Shown piece after piece: positions 1-13,400 of a stretch of DNA of 64,000 nt. Position 1 is the stretch's first letter, and the number at the start of each line of letters is the position of its first letter. The notes beneath the pieces are model-generated. The model was given only the letters and a program-made list of their open reading frames with translations, had not been told where the DNA came from and ran no database searches. Both the position numbers and the translations under genes were made by a program. This DNA is from Azolla caroliniana (lineage: Eukaryota; Plantae; Polypodiophyta), in NCBI GenBank assembly GCA_043228905.1, contig JBHGNT010000005.1, positions 21,204,001 through 21,268,000 on the forward strand, in the 5' to 3' direction.

Positions 1-2394
1 ACTAAGAGGATATCTACGTCCTTGGCTTTCGGCAACCAATTCTTCTGTTTGTTCTTCATCTGAATCCAATTCGAGGTCTTGGCCGGTTCTGGTTTCCGCT
101 TCTTCTTCTTCTTCGGTCGGTTTGGTTTCCTCTTCGTATCCGGCCGATTCTTTGAGTTTCAACTGGCTCTTAGCCGGGTAGGTCCGTATCTCATCGAACC
201 GATCCTTACCGGTCGACTCGGAGTTCATTATCTTCTTCTCCGACTCCCAATCGGGAAGGGTCTTGTCCTCCATGAAGATAATATCTCGACTCCAGAAAAT
301 CTTCTTGTCGACCGGATCCCACACTCGGTAGCCGAACTCATCATCGTCGTATCTGAGGAATATGCAAGGCTGGGACTTTGGATCCAACTTTGCTCTCCGG
401 TCCTTTGCAACATGCACGTAAGCAAGACACCTGAACACCTTCAGATGCCGGTAAGACTCTTCCTTACCGGTTCACACTCTCTGCGGCGTGTCTCCGTCCA
501 AGAGCACTAAGGGTGATCTGTTTATCATGTACGTCATTGTCGCTAGCGCCTCAGCCCAAAACTTCTTGGGTAACTTTGCATCTGCCAGCATACTCTGGAC
601 CCTCTTCATTATGGTCCGCTTCATCCTCACGACCAGTCCGTTTAGTTCCGGCGTCTTCGGCATGGTAAATTTGAGCCAGATTACCTTCAAGCGGCAGTAC
701 TCCTCAAATTTCCCTCAGTATTCGCCTTCGTTATTTGGTCCAACCGCCTTCAGCTTCTGTCAGGTTTCTCTTTCCACTCTTGTGTGGAGCTCCTTGAAGA
801 TGGATAACACCTGATCCTTCGTCTTCAACGGTGTGGCTCACTGCTTCCGGCTGTAGTCGTCTATGAACGTCACGAAGTACTGCGATCTGGCATGTGACTT
901 TGTGTCCACTTGACACACATCGGTATGCACCAGCTCCAATGGTGCATTCCGTCTCATCGGTGGTCTTGAGTGGAAGGAGGTCCGGTTTTGCTTACCGGCC
1001 AGGCAATTAGTGCACTTCTCAAGATGCACATCCTTCAACAGAATGAGGTTGTCATCGGCAAGCCTCCTCATCCCCTTCTCACTCATGTGACACAGTCTCT
1101 TGTGCCACAGATCACCAGCAATGTCGGATGCCACGTTCACTTATTCCTGGCATATCTGGGCATTCATCAAGTACAGTGTGTTGACTTTCCGGACTTGAGC
1201 CACTATTAAGCTCCCTTGGCAGAACTTCATGACACCGTTCCGAATGCTACCTATGTAGCCTTCATCATCTAGTCGATCGGTTGATATCAGGTTCAGTTGA
1301 ACCTCCGGAACGTGTCGGACATCCTTCAACAACAACTTGCATCCAGTTGATTTCGTCAACAACACATCTCCGATGCTGATAATTAGGCATGTCCCTTCAT
1401 TTCCCATCCGGACACAGTCGTGCTCATTGGCTGTGTAGGATGAGAAGCATTTCCGGTCTGGGGTCAGGTGGAACGACGCTCTGGAATCGACAACCCACGT
1501 TGTCTCGTCGCCGGCAAGGTTCAAGTCACTCTCCTCAGTGATAAGCATCAACTCTTCTTCACTTGCCGTGATTGCCGTCCTTCCCTTCCGGTCTGGTCCC
1601 CTCCGGTCTTTACCATTCTGGTCAGGTAACCGCTTCGAATCGGTACTGTCGGTTTCCTTATCTTTCTGAAAATGCCAACAGTTCTTCTAGAATTGTCTCG
1701 GCTTGCTGCAATAGAAGCAAGTAGGCCTCCCCCTTGACTTTGACGGTGTCCCCGACTTTTCCCGGTTCTGGGGATTATGGTTCCTTTGTCTTCCGCGTTC
1801 CGATTCGGTAAGGAGCACTTTGGAGTCGGAGATCGTATCCTTGTCTTTCTGATGCGCCTCCTCATCTAGCAAGCTCGATTTAACCCTTGCTAGGGATAGT
1901 TGTTTTCCTTCCGGCCCAACGTTGCCCAATGTGACAACTAACGTCTCCTAGCTATTTGGGAGGGAACCGAGTAGGAGTAGAGGAAGTACTTACAACGACG
2001 TGGCTTGGTGTATCAGCCCTTGGAAGGCATTCATGTGCTCCGCCATACTGGAGCCATCTTGGTACCGGAGCCTCACTAGCTTCCGGAATACCGAAACCTG
2101 ATTAACGGCATTTTTGTTCTCGAACATAATGTCGATCTTCTCGTAGAGCTCATGAGCCTTACTCTCTTCATTGAAGTTTTTTTACAAGCTCATGTCGATG
2201 AAGCATTGGATGTATGTCGTCGTCTTCATGTGCATCATCTCCCACACCATGGCGTCGATCTTATCCAGTCTCTTGTCCCTGAACTGAACTGGCAACCAAA
2301 GATCTTTAACCACCAACATGTCCCTCATCTTCGACTTCCACATTAAGTAGTTGGAGCCGATGAGCTTGAACATGCCGCCATAAGATTCTTCCAT
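1..2394 (-). pseudogene. gag-pol: Copia gag-pol pseudogene (gag, protease, integrase), broken by stops and frameshifts
   Basis: ORF fragments 2182-2394, 1687-1929, 1141-1551, 838-1140 and 472-690 are collinear copia domains. Confidence 0.9.
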
Positions 2395-2408
2395 TTTCTG
2401 TCTTGTTG

Positions 2409-2420
2409 GCTCTGATACCA
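2409..2420 (-). promoter_or_regulatory. Primer-binding site (tRNA-iMet)
   Basis: gctctgatacca = reverse complement of TGGTATCAGAGC, 3 nt from the LTR edge. Confidence 0.9.
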
Positions 2421-2423
2421 GAT

Positions 2424-3041
2424 TGATGCGAAATATGTGTGTGCGGAATATATCTAAGCCACAACTGAGACTTCAATCACCTCGTGAGAATCACAACCAC
2501 AGAAGAAATGGGCAATGAAGATAAATGCACATACACACAAACAATATGAGAGAGAGTGCCTAGTATGTTTACTTCGAAAACCCTAAATGGGAAAAACCAC
2601 GTTAGTCCACAAACTCCAACTATCACTATGTAAGGAGAATACAACAGAGGAACACAAAGGCAACAACCTCTTGCTCTCAATCTTTGCCTGACGGTAGTTA
2701 CCACAGAGACATACTCTGTATCGCTCTCTCTCTCTCTCTCTCTCTCTCTGTACAACAGTTACACCAATAACTCTATACAACAATATTGGCCTCAATACAC
2801 CATCACAACATAAAGTGTTTGCCCTAGGTCATATTTATACTAATATGACTTTAGGACTATTTCCAAATATAGGCCCAATGGGCTCTCAAAAACATATTTA
2901 CATATATGTCCCTCCATCCGGTGAGAGGTTCTCACTGGGCCTACATCATTTGGTTCTCACCAGGCCTTCCTTGTTGGGTACTCTTCATCCGGTTCTCACC
3001 TGGCCTTCATCATCCCATCCGGAGGGACCGAAATCCTAACA
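2424..3041 (-). repeat. 5' LTR of Copia-1 (about 618 bp)
   Basis: TG (2424) ... CA (3041) ends, adjacent PBS, (CT)n tract; homologous to the solo LTR at 14219-14842. Confidence 0.85.
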
Positions 3042-5019
3042 CTATGACCGGCCGATTATTGTAACAGGTGATACAAGTCCAACCGGGATCAGATGGGTCA
3101 TCAATCAAGCCAATTCGGATGGTTCACGATATCCGATCCGATTCGGAGCAAAGGTTCTCAACAAAAGGCAACGCGGATATGCACAAGTTAAAAGAGAATT
3201 ATGGGGAGTCGTGTCGGCAATAAAATTAGATCGAGATTACTTAATTGAAGCTGAAGTAGTGATCGAAACGGATTGGCTTCCGATACTCAAGATGATGCAG
3301 TGTTGCACGATACTGGATGTTGCTATGCTAAGATGGATTGCATATGTAAAGTCGCTTAATCCGGAGATACGACAAATCTCCGGAAAAGATAACACGGTAG
3401 TGGATATGCTATCAAGGGCACTGTTCGCAATCGACATAGCCAAATTCGATAATGAAGAAGTTTCCGAAAACTACTGTACTTTAGAGAACATATGTCGGGT
3501 GAACATAATCCGAGAATTCCGGGAAGAAGAATATGTGGGAGAAAGTTTGCTGATCGGGAAAGTGCTACAGGAAATCGAAGAATCGTCAGACAATAAAGAA
3601 AAGAGAGCCGAGATCCTAAGTAAGAAGTGTCAAATCCAAAAGTTTTTCTTGAACAATGGATTAATCTGGAGGAAGGCAAAAAGACCGAATGGTATACCAC
3701 TACGGGTAGTCGGAACAAAAGAGCAACGAAACCGGATAATGTCTAAATTTCACGAATCCAATTGGGCTAGACATCAGGGAACATAGGCAACATTTGTGAA
3801 GATCAAACAAAAATATTGGTGGAAAAATATGTACAAAGATGTAACGGAGTTCACGAAAAGCTGTGAGAAATGTCAAATCTACTCCGGAGTTCGACACCGA
3901 GATGAATTACATCTGACATTCTCACCAACAATCAACTTCAAATGGATGGTCGACATTGTGGCCATGCCAACCGGGATTGGACAAAAGAAGTACTTGGTGT
4001 TAGCTTGGGAAGATCTAACAAACCAAGTAGAAGGACAGACACTACGAAGGAAAACATGTTCCGCAGTATGCCAATTTCTCTTGGAAGAAGAGTTCTGCAG
4101 GTACGAGTGCGTAGGACAAGTGATTGCGGATCGGGGAGAACTTGATTCTGATAAAGCTAGGGAATTCTCCGTCAGAAATGGAGTACGGTTAACACTAACC
4201 ACGGCATACAATCCGTAAGCAAACGAAAAGATCGAGCAAGGACATAGTCCAATTGTTAAAGCACTTGCAAAAGCATGCGACAGAAGGGTGAAAGATTGGC
4301 TGCAGATGCTTCCGTATGCACTATGGGCGGATCGCACAACGCATAATTCCATGACCGGTTATATGCCAGCCGAACTTATGACCGGACAACCACTGGTAAT
4401 GTCGATGGAAACTGCAATTGCAACATGGACAATGCTACCGTGGAAGGAAGAAATGAACTAGGAAGAACTACTAGCGGTCTGAATACGACAACTAGAGGGA
4501 AGACCGGAAGACATAGTGGAAGCAACACACCGACAACAGGAAGCGCAATTTCAGAACAAAAGTTGATTCGACACAAAGCATCGACTACGACCACGGCAGA
4601 TTGAAGAGGGAGATTGGGTGATTATCTATGACAGTAGTTTGGATCATCAACATACAACGATACAGAAGTTTGCTAAAAGGTGGTTCGGGCCATACAAGGT
4701 TCGGAAAGTTTTCGACAATGAAACTTACCGACTATGCGAGTTGGATGGAACAGTACTACGGGTGCCTATAGTAGGGAAACAGGTGAAGATTTTCAAGAAG
4801 CGGACTAACGATGAGCCTTATGTGAGCTTAGAGAAGACTCACAACGAGGAGCAATCGAACAAAGATCACGGTGATTCGAAAAGTGAAGAAAGTGGACTAC
4901 AATTGATAATCGACATAGGGGAGAATCAGAGAGTGCTACGGATGAAGGCGAATAACAAGCATCAGGAACTTTGGCACATACCAGAGGATGTGCGGGTTCG
5001 GAGGGGGCGAGTGTCGTAG
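3042..5019 (+). pseudogene. pol: Gypsy pol (RNase H-integrase) pseudogene, family A
   Basis: ORFs 3211-3786, 3796-4218 and 4618-5019 lie in one frame separated by premature stops. Confidence 0.88.
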
Positions 5020-5735
5020 TGTAATTCACACACTTTGTGAAATATGTAAAAAATATATCTGATTTAAGTACGCATAAATAAATAAAAGAAAATATTAAAA
5101 ATATTGTTACATGCATAGGGTAGGATTCAAACCCTGTACTTCCATATTTTCCATATTTAAACAAACCCAAACTTTACCATTGTACTAACTTATCATACGT
5201 GATCTAAAAATAGTGCCTATATTTACAAAAGAGTTTTATTTATGCCTATTTTTACAAAAGAGTGCGTAAAAACTTTGTTTGGAAGAAAATCACAAGCCAA
5301 TTACTCATGCGCACTAGTACTCATGCACATCTAGTGTGCATGAGCACTATATTTAGGAAATAAAAAAAGCATGGTTGAAAAAGGCAACTCATGCACATCT
5401 AGTGTGCATGAACACGTTAGGAAAAAACATGATGCTATGCTTAGCCTCTTCCATCACTAGATAAGGAAGAGAGAAAAGATGTATATGGTTGTTGATTTTT
5501 TATAAGGGTTGATTAATATAAAATATTCATGGGAATTCTCGATTTTGCCATCAATTTCTCTCTTACAATGTAAGTATCAATTAATACACTATACTCGTGG
5601 GATTCATGAGTTTCATATCTTCATCTTGCAATCTATTCGTAACAAACCTTATCTCATATTCTTCTTTCTCCTAGTCCAAAACCCTAGCGGTTCTCACCCG
5701 ACTCACGCAACGATCCGGCGCCGAAAGGCACCACA
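5012..5735 (+). repeat. 3' LTR, family A
   Basis: Starts tgtcgtagtg right after the PPT, ends ggcaccaca; inverse homologue of the LTRs at 7922, 23576, 33858 and 36693. Confidence 0.88.
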
Positions 5736-5739
5736 ACGT

Positions 5740-5884
5740 TGTCGTGCCTTTCGGCGCCATATCGTTGCATGAGTCTTGCCCTATGCATGTATGACATATT
5801 TTAACATTTTCTTCTATTTCTTTATATTTATTGAATTGGTTATTTTATATGTTTTTCACGTAGTGTATGAAATACACTACAACA
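5740..5884 (-). repeat. Internally deleted family A 3' LTR
   Basis: Has both LTR termini (tgtcgtgcctttcgg... and ...acactacaaca) but lacks about 580 bp; the junction gagtc|ttgccc matches a gagtc/gaatc microhomology in full-length copies. Confidence 0.8.
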
Positions 5885-6551
5885 CTCACCCCCTCCGAAC
5901 CCACACATCCTCCGGTATGTGCCGAAGTTGTCGGTCATTGTTAGTCTCCTCCGTCTGGTCTCCGCCCGATTGGTTTCGTTGCCAGTCCCATTGCTGGTTC
6001 TGTTCGGTTGCAGGTTTCCGGTTGCCGACTCCGCCCAATCACCGGTTCTCATAATTCTCCTTTACTCGTAGTACCCTCCATTTCTCTCGCTATGTTGACT
6101 TTTTCTCTCCATTTTGAGCATATCCATGCTTTCCACCCGAACCATTGTCGCCATCCGATCCACCATAGTCTTCATTCACTATTTGCATGGCCATGGTCGG
6201 TTGTCACGGCTCCTCGTGCTCCTCTTGAGCATAACCCTTCATGTCTTGTGCATGTGCCATGCTTCCCACTTTGTCCACCTTTGTCATATAATCTCGCGTT
6301 AGAGTTAACAATCTTCATGTTATAGCCCGCCTTTGTCGAGATGTCATCCTTGGTAACACCCTTTAAATTTGCTTGGCCCGCTTGGTCCTTGTCATCTTTT
6401 GTAGTGCACCAGTCGAGTTGGATTAGCTTATTTCTTAATTGGTCTTGTCCGATCGTCTTTGGTTGAATCGGCTTCTATTCCGATTTGTATTCAGCCAATT
6501 CAGACTCAGTTGATCGGTTTTTATTGATTCGGCCCCCTTTCGGGTCAATTT

Positions 6552-7970
6552 TTACCGATTGGTTTCCATCCGGATTTGTTTCCTTTTGCTTGTTTTCACC
6601 GACCTCAACCAGTTCGACCTCCAGCACTTCTTTCCATTGTCTGCCGCGTAGGTCCTCCGATTGGGCCCCCAGTCACTCCGATCGCATGCCAGATTCTGCC
6701 CCTCGCGTGCAGCCTTCGTTCCTCCTTTGGCTTGATCGTCCCCTCGTCCTGAGCATCTCGCCGTGCTGTCTCTCTTCGTTCCGCGCTTGCCTTCCGTAGG
6801 CTCTACCCACACGTCGATGTCAACCTCCGAATACACATTTGCTCTTACGTCCTTGTGCGGCTGTAATGCACCCTTCATTTTTCGTTGTAGTGCTTGCGTC
6901 GTATTACACCATAGTGCATGCTCCGTTTTGCACCGTAGCGCGTGCTTTGTATTACGCACTTCTCTCGACGTAGACCTGACCTCCGCGTTGTCGTGCTTTC
7001 GTTTATATCGGAATTTCGTACAGATCATCTTCCATTCAAACCGGCTTCCAACTTTTCCTTCCTCGCCGTCATCTCCCGTCTCTCCGGTCTCATGTTGCTT
7101 CTCGGACACAACCGCCGAAGTCTCTAGGATTAGTGGGCAAGAATCCTCGGTATTATCGTTCTCCATTGTTTCACCCATAGCCACCTTCTTGGTTATCTCT
7201 CCGTCGTATGCATCGGATTCGAACTTTGTTTTCTCTTCGCCACCTTCCATCTCTGCGGTCTCACGTTGTCTTTCGAACGCAACTACCAAAGCCTCTAGAA
7301 CTAGTGGTAGGAAAGTCTGCATACAACCATTCGCCATTGATTCGTCCATAGCCACCTCTGATTCGATGTCATCTTTCGTGGCGACCTCCTCAATCAAGTC
7401 CGCCTTGCACTCTTTATCTCCCTTGATCATGCAAGCATCGATTATGCTTACCCATTTTTCACCCGATGTTTCGGATACTTGTATTCCGAAAACTTCTTCC
7501 GTTCTTGAAGTGGTGTTCGCCACTCTCAAGTCATCGACCTTATCCTTGGTCGTCATTCTTTCGTAGTCATACTTCTCCAATAGTGCTTTCTCAAAGGACA
7601 CCCACGTAGGGTTCTGTTGTTGTATCTCATATATACTCTCTTGCAACTCATCCGTGACTACCCGATTGAAGGATATCATTTGAAATCCTTCCGGTATCCC
7701 ACATCGCATCATCTCCGCCTTGTATTCACGTAGATAGCTTGACACATCCTTTCTGTTGAATTCCCCATTTCGTTGCACAAGCCGCTCCACTGCCACCTTC
7801 ATCTCCGACATCGCACGTTCTTCTTGTTGCATCCGCTCAAACATCATCATCATCATGTTCATCGCCTCTTGTTGATTCTCCATCTCCTTGCCACCCGTTT
7901 TCACGTCGGGTTCACCACTGGTGTCGTGCCTTTTAGCTCCGGATCGTTGCATGAGTCGGGTGGGAACCAC
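6552..7970 (-). CDS. gag: Gag-derived protein of a non-autonomous family A unit (gag N-terminus plus acidic low-complexity region); likely start ATG near 7883
   Basis: 472-aa ORF; FNRKDVSSYLREYKAEM matches the gags at 22791-23390 and 38614; paralogue of 34534-36675. Confidence 0.75.
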   Translation of the reverse strand: MVPTRLMQRSGAKRHDTSGEPDVKTGGKEMENQQEAMNMMMMMFERMQQEERAMSEMKVAVERLVQRNGEFNRKDVSSYLREYKAEMMRCGIPEGFQMISFNRVVTDELQESIYEIQQQNPTWVSFEKALLEKYDYERMTTKDKVDDLRVANTTSRTEEVFGIQVSETSGEKWVSIIDACMIKGDKECKADLIEEVATKDDIESEVAMDESMANGCMQTFLPLVLEALVVAFERQRETAEMEGGEEKTKFESDAYDGEITKKVAMGETMENDNTEDSCPLILETSAVVSEKQHETGETGDDGEEGKVGSRFEWKMICTKFRYKRKHDNAEVRSTSREVRNTKHALRCKTEHALWCNTTQALQRKMKGALQPHKDVRANVYSEVDIDVWVEPTEGKRGTKRDSTARCSGRGDDQAKGGTKAAREGQNLACDRSDWGPNRRTYAADNGKKCWRSNWLRSVKTSKRKQIRMETNR

Positions 7971-8717
7971 TGAGGTTTTGGACTAGGAGAAAGAAGAATT
8001 CAATATAAAGCTGAGAAGTGAGAAATAAAACTTATGAATCCCACGTGTTTAGTGTACTTAATCAATATTTAGATTGTAAGAAAGAGAATTTTGATGATAA
8101 ACTCGTGAATCCCACGAATATATTAGATTGATCAATTCTTATAAAAATAATCAACAACACCATACATCTTTCTCTTCTCCTTATATAAGGATGGAAGAGG
8201 CTAAGCATAGGTTTATGCTTTTTCTAAAGTGTTCATGCACACTAAATGTGCATGAGTTGCTTTTTACACTATGCTTTTATTTCCTAAATATAGTACTCAT
8301 GCTCACTAGATGTGCACGAGTAATTTTTATTGGTGTACATTTTTCTTATAAATAAAGTATTCACGCATTCTAAAAATGCATGACTTACCTTTTAATAAAG
8401 GTAGGCGTAAATAAAGGTCTTATACGTATTAAATCTATATTTAAAATACTTAGGATAAGTTAGTACAATAGTAAGGTTGGGGTTTGTCTATGTGGAGGTA
8501 CAGGGTTCGAATCTTGCCCTATGCATGTAACAATCTTTTCTTCTATTTACAAATTTGTCTCTTCATCTAGTGAGAGACTCTCACCAGCCTTTTTATCCAG
8601 CTCTTGCCGGTTCTGCTTGATCCAGTTCTTACCGGGTCCCCCTTGTTGGTTCCTCCTTGTCCCATCTGGGGGGACAAAAATGCAATTTTCACGTAGTGTG
8701 CGAAATATACTACGACA
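7922..8717 (-). repeat. Shared middle LTR, family A
   Basis: tgtcgtg...tacgaca ends; tRNA-Trp PBS (cacgtcgggttcacca, about 7902-7917) on one side and PPT (ctcaccccctcc) on the other. Confidence 0.85.
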
Positions 8718-10037
8718 CTCACCCCCTCCAAACCCGCACATCCTCCGGTATGTGCCAAAGTTCCCGATGCCAGTTGTTCGTCTTCATCCGTAGCACTTTC
8801 CAATTCCTCCCTTATATCAACTATCAATTGTAGATCACTTTCTTTGCTTTCTACATCACCACGACCTTTGTCTGATTGCTCCTCGTTCTTGGTCTTGTCT
8901 AAGCTTACATAAGGTTCTTCGTCAGTCCGTTTCCTGAAAATCTTCACCCGTTTCCCCACTATAGGCACCCGTAGTACTATTCCATCCAACTCGCATAGTC
9001 GGTAGGTTCTGTTGTCGAAAACTTTCCGAACCTCGTCTGGTCCGAACCACCTTTTTGCGAACTTCCATATCGTTGTATGTTGATGATCCAGACTACTGTC
9101 ATAGACAATCCCCCAATCACCTTCTTCAATCTTCTGCGGTCATAGTCAATGCTTTGTGTCGAATTGGCTTTCGTTCCGGAATCGCGCTTCCTCAGCGTGT
9201 TGCTTCCGCTATGTCTTCTGGTCTTCCCTCTAGTTGTCGTATCCGGACCGCTAGTAGTTCTTCCCGGCTCATCTCTTCCTTCCACGGTAGCACTGTCCAT
9301 GTCGCAATTGCGGTTTCCGTCGGCATTACCAGTGCTTGTCCAGTCATGAGTTCAGTTGGCATAAAACCGGTCACGGAACTATGCGTTGTACGATCCGCCC
9401 ATAGTGCATACAGGAGCATCTGCGGCCAATCCTTCACCCTTCCGTCGCATGCTTTTGCATGTGCTTTGACGATTGGACTATGTCCTCGTTAGATCTTTCC
9501 GCTGGCTTCTAGATTGTATGCCGTTGTTAGTGTTAACCAAACTCCATGTTTGGTGAAGAATTCCCTAGCTTTATCATAGTCCAGTTCTCCCTGATCCGCA
9601 ATCACTTGTCCTACGCACCCGTACCTACAAAACACTTCTTCCAAAAGAAATTGGCATACCACAGAACACATTTTCCTTCGCAACGCCCGACCTTCTACTT
9701 GGTTTGTGAGATCTTCTCGAGCTAACACCAAGTACTTCTTTTGTCCGATCCCGGTTGGCATGGCTACAATGTCGACCATCAATTTGAAGTTAATTGTTGG
9801 TAAGAATGTTGGATGTAACTCATCTCCATGTCGAACTCCGAAGTAGATTTGACACTTCTCGCAGCTTTCCGCGAACTCCACTATATCTTTGTACATATTC
9901 TTCCACCACTATTTTTGTTTGATTTTCACAAAAGTTGCCCATGTTGCTCGATGTCTAGCCCAATCGGATTCGTGAAACTCAGACATTATCCGGTTTCGTT
10001 GCTCTTTCGTCCCGACTACCTGAAGTGGTATGCCATA
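8718..10037 (-). pseudogene. pol: Family A integrase pseudogene
   Basis: ORFs 9489-9896 and 9192-9437 (LLYALWADRTTHSS) and the C-terminal part; inverted homologue of 3690-5011. Confidence 0.88.
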
Positions 10038-10492
10038 TATTAGAGACAGACTAATGTAAGCATGAGATAAGGATAGAAAATAGATAGATAGATAGAAAGG
10101 AGAGAGAGAAAGAAGGGTGCTGATCCACCCAACCACCCCCGAGCAAAGGGATCGAGATGGACTCGAGCCTCGATCGGCATCCCATACCACCGCTGTGGTG
10201 TCGAGTCGTACCTGGTGCTGGTGTGCTCGTTACAAGAGTTGACCCACCACAAGACAGAGTCTCGACGTAGTCAACAAGATAATCAAATGAGGGTAGTTAG
10301 GCCTCTTATTTATAGCAATACCCAAGGCCCCCAGGCAAGTTCACACTTCGCCTAATGGGTTGTCTCAATCCCGAGAATTAAAAGTAATCCTCCCCTTCTT
10401 TACACTCTCATTTAACGCTCACACTTATCCACGTGTATAGAATACTACGGTAAATTCTGACCATGGGATATTATATGGTCATGCCCGTAATA
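10038..10492 (-). repeat. Family C 3' LTR
   Basis: Direct repeat of 15469-15925. Confidence 0.9.
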
Positions 10493-13400
10493 TACTCCCC
10501 CTCTTTAAAACATTGCACTCTTGCAATGGAAAGTTAGGGAAGTTAGTTCTGAGAGTCCTTTCATGTTCCCATGTGGCATCTTTTATTGATTATCCATCCA
10601 TTTTATTTTAAATTCTTGGATTTCTTTAGTACGTAATTTTTTTGTTTTAACATCAAGAATTCTTTTTGGTACATGTGGTTTAGAAGATACATCTTTAGAA
10701 GTAACCAGAGTTTCAGTTGTAACTGTATTGTCGCAAGAACCTAGAAGTTCTTTTAGACGACTCACATGAAAGACTGGATGAATTCCAACACCATCAGGAA
10801 GAGCGAGACGATAGGCTGATGACCCAATGCGTTTCAAGACTATAAAAGGTCCACAAAACCGTGGGGCTAACTTGGCGCACTTATCCGTAGACAATGTCTT
10901 AGAATTGTGAGGTATATGTAAAAATACCTTTTGTCCAGGGTTGAATACACGAGGTTGCCTATGATGATCGGCATAAAAACGCACTCTATCTTGAGCTGTT
11001 TTTATATTATCTCATGCAATATGCAACATATCTTGCATATCCCGAAGAAAGTTTTGCGTACTTCGCAACTCATCATGATGTATATTAACATCAATCAGGG
11101 CTCGTGGTTGAAAACTATACATCAACATAAAAGGACTATATCCCGTCGACATATGCTTGAAGCTGTTATAAGCGAACTCCAAAATTGGGAGATAACGTTC
11201 CCATTTTGTTGGTTTTGCACCAACATATGCTCGAAGCATGTCCTCAATAATTTGATTTACTCGTTCTGTCTGTCCATCGAATTGAGGATGATCCATGGAG
11301 CTCATGCTCAACGTAGTTTCTAACTTCTTAAAGACTTGCGTCCAGAAGTCACTAGTAAATTTTGGATCTCGATCACTCACGATATCCATTGGTAACCCAT
11401 AAAAATGAAATAACTTGTCAATGAATTGGTAAGCCAATTCAGGAGCTATTACCGTGGTTTTAGTAGCAATAAATCTGGCCATTTTAGTTAGTCGATCAAC
11501 GACAACCCAGATGGCATCATGGCCTTTTTGGGTGCGAGGAAGGCTAACAATAAAATCCATGGATATACTTTCCCACTTATTGTTGGGAATGTCCAGGGGA
11601 TGTAAAAGTCCTACGGCTTTAAGTCGCTCAGCTTTGTTAACTTGACATTGGTGACATTTAGACACATAGCTATGTATGTAAGGACGCATCTTAGGCCAAT
11701 AAAATTGAGTGGAGATGAGAATGAGTGTACGATGTATTCCAGGGTGCCTTGCTGAGGGTGCATCATGACATTAAAAAAGAATCCTCTTTTTGCCCTCAAG
11801 CAAATCTAGAACACAAACCTTCCCATTATGGTAGAGTAGATCGTTAGCAATGTGGAAGTATTCCTTCGAGGATGTGGTGGTGTCTGTTCCAGACTCAACT
11901 CTTGCCCAGTATTTTGTGAAATAATTGTCATCGTGATACTTTCCTCGAAGGTGATCATAAAGATTTGATGTTATTTCAGTGAAGCTAAGCATGTTAACTT
12001 CACGGATGCGACCTAGTGCATCAGCGACAGTATTCATGGAACCTTTACAATATCGTATGGAAAAATCAAAGTCTTGGATGAGATTAGCCCATCGTGCCTT
12101 ACGACCTTTTAGGTCTTGTTGGTCACAAACATATTTCAAGGACTCGTGGTCCGTAGTTACCACAAAGAGATTTCCATAAAGATAATGGCGCCATGTTTTG
12201 AGCGCATGTATAATTGCAAATAATTCCTTTTCTTGCACGGTATACTGACATTGAGCAGAATTAAGTTTCTTACTCTCAAATGCTATTGGTTTACCATCTT
12301 GATATAAGACATCACCTATAGCATAATCGCTTCCATCAGTTTCAACCTCAAAAGGTTTTGACGGATCGGGTAAAAGAAGTGAAGCAGCCTTGCACACCAG
12401 GTCCTTGAGTTCCTTAAAGGCAAGGTCTAGTGTAGCATTCCAGACAATAGGTTTTGTAGACTTACGCATTTAACCTTTTAGAAGATCAATAAACGACGTC
12501 TTCAATTGGGAGTAATTACGAAGGGATTTTCGCAAAAACCCGACAAAACCAAGGAATGATCGAACTTCTCGAATATTCCGAAGAGCGGGCCAAAGCTGGA
12601 TTTTCTCAATGCGAGAAGGATCAATTTCAACTCCTTAGCCCGGGGCAATGGATACGTCAGCCCGGGGGCAATGGATACGAATTCTTGATCGTCACTTTTT
12701 TCAAGCGTCGGTAAATAATACACATACGCCGTGTGCCCTCTTTCTTTTTAACCAAGAGAACTGGTGCACCCCATTCGTAAATAGTCCTTGAGTTGCTTAG
12801 ATACCGCATCCTCTTCGGTGCAACGCCAGGTACAAAATCTATACGATGGTCTATATTACGTTTAGGAGGTAACCCATCTGGTAGTTCACTCGGAAAAACA
12901 TCACGAAAATCATTTAAGATTTCATCAAGTTATTTTTGTTCAAAATATGTTAATTGAACCGAGACATTATCGATATTGTAAACGTGAATGTCCGGATCAA
13001 GTACACAATAAAATAGAGTAGAACAAAACATCTCGGATATTGATGGACACGAGGAAACAATCGAGAGGGATTGTTTTTTGACACATTGAATAAAATGAGT
13101 ACAGTCGTTCAGTACAAATGTGATTGAATGATGAACCCAATCAATAGATAAAGAAGAGTTTTTATTATAAAACCAGGGATAACCCAATATTACATCGATG
13201 GTACAAAGATTCATTACATGGAAGTCTACTTCCTCTATATAAGTGTCAATAGAAATTCCTAATGAATGAATCGCCCTGTTGATGTATTGTACTCTTCCAT
13301 CAGCCAAGTGCACCGTGTAAGTGTGATCACTTACGACGGGTTGGATTCCCCATATCTGAACCAAACGATCATTCACAAAGTTGTGTGAGCTTCCCGAATC

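Larger units (their letters stand above)
1..3041 (-). mobile_element. Ty1/copia LTR retrotransposon (Copia-1), 5' half; 3' part lies outside the window
   Basis: Minus-strand gag (MFKLIGSNYLMWKSKM; zinc knuckle CFYCSKPRQF), protease (WVVDSRASFH), GAG-pre-integrase (LWHKRLCHMSEKG) and integrase (LELVHTDVC, FIDDYSRK) in copia order; PBS and LTR upstream. Confidence 0.93.
3042..5735 (+). mobile_element. Non-chromovirus Ty3/gypsy element, family A, 3' part (interrupted by Copia-1)
   Basis: RNase H (DTSPTGI.WVINQ, IETDWLPIL), integrase (FKWMVDIVAMP, LTTAYNP, KRWFGPY), PPT ggagggggcgag, then LTR. Confidence 0.9.

Noticed and set aside
2724-2749. (CT)n microsatellite
   Set aside because: An ordinary feature within a copia LTR.
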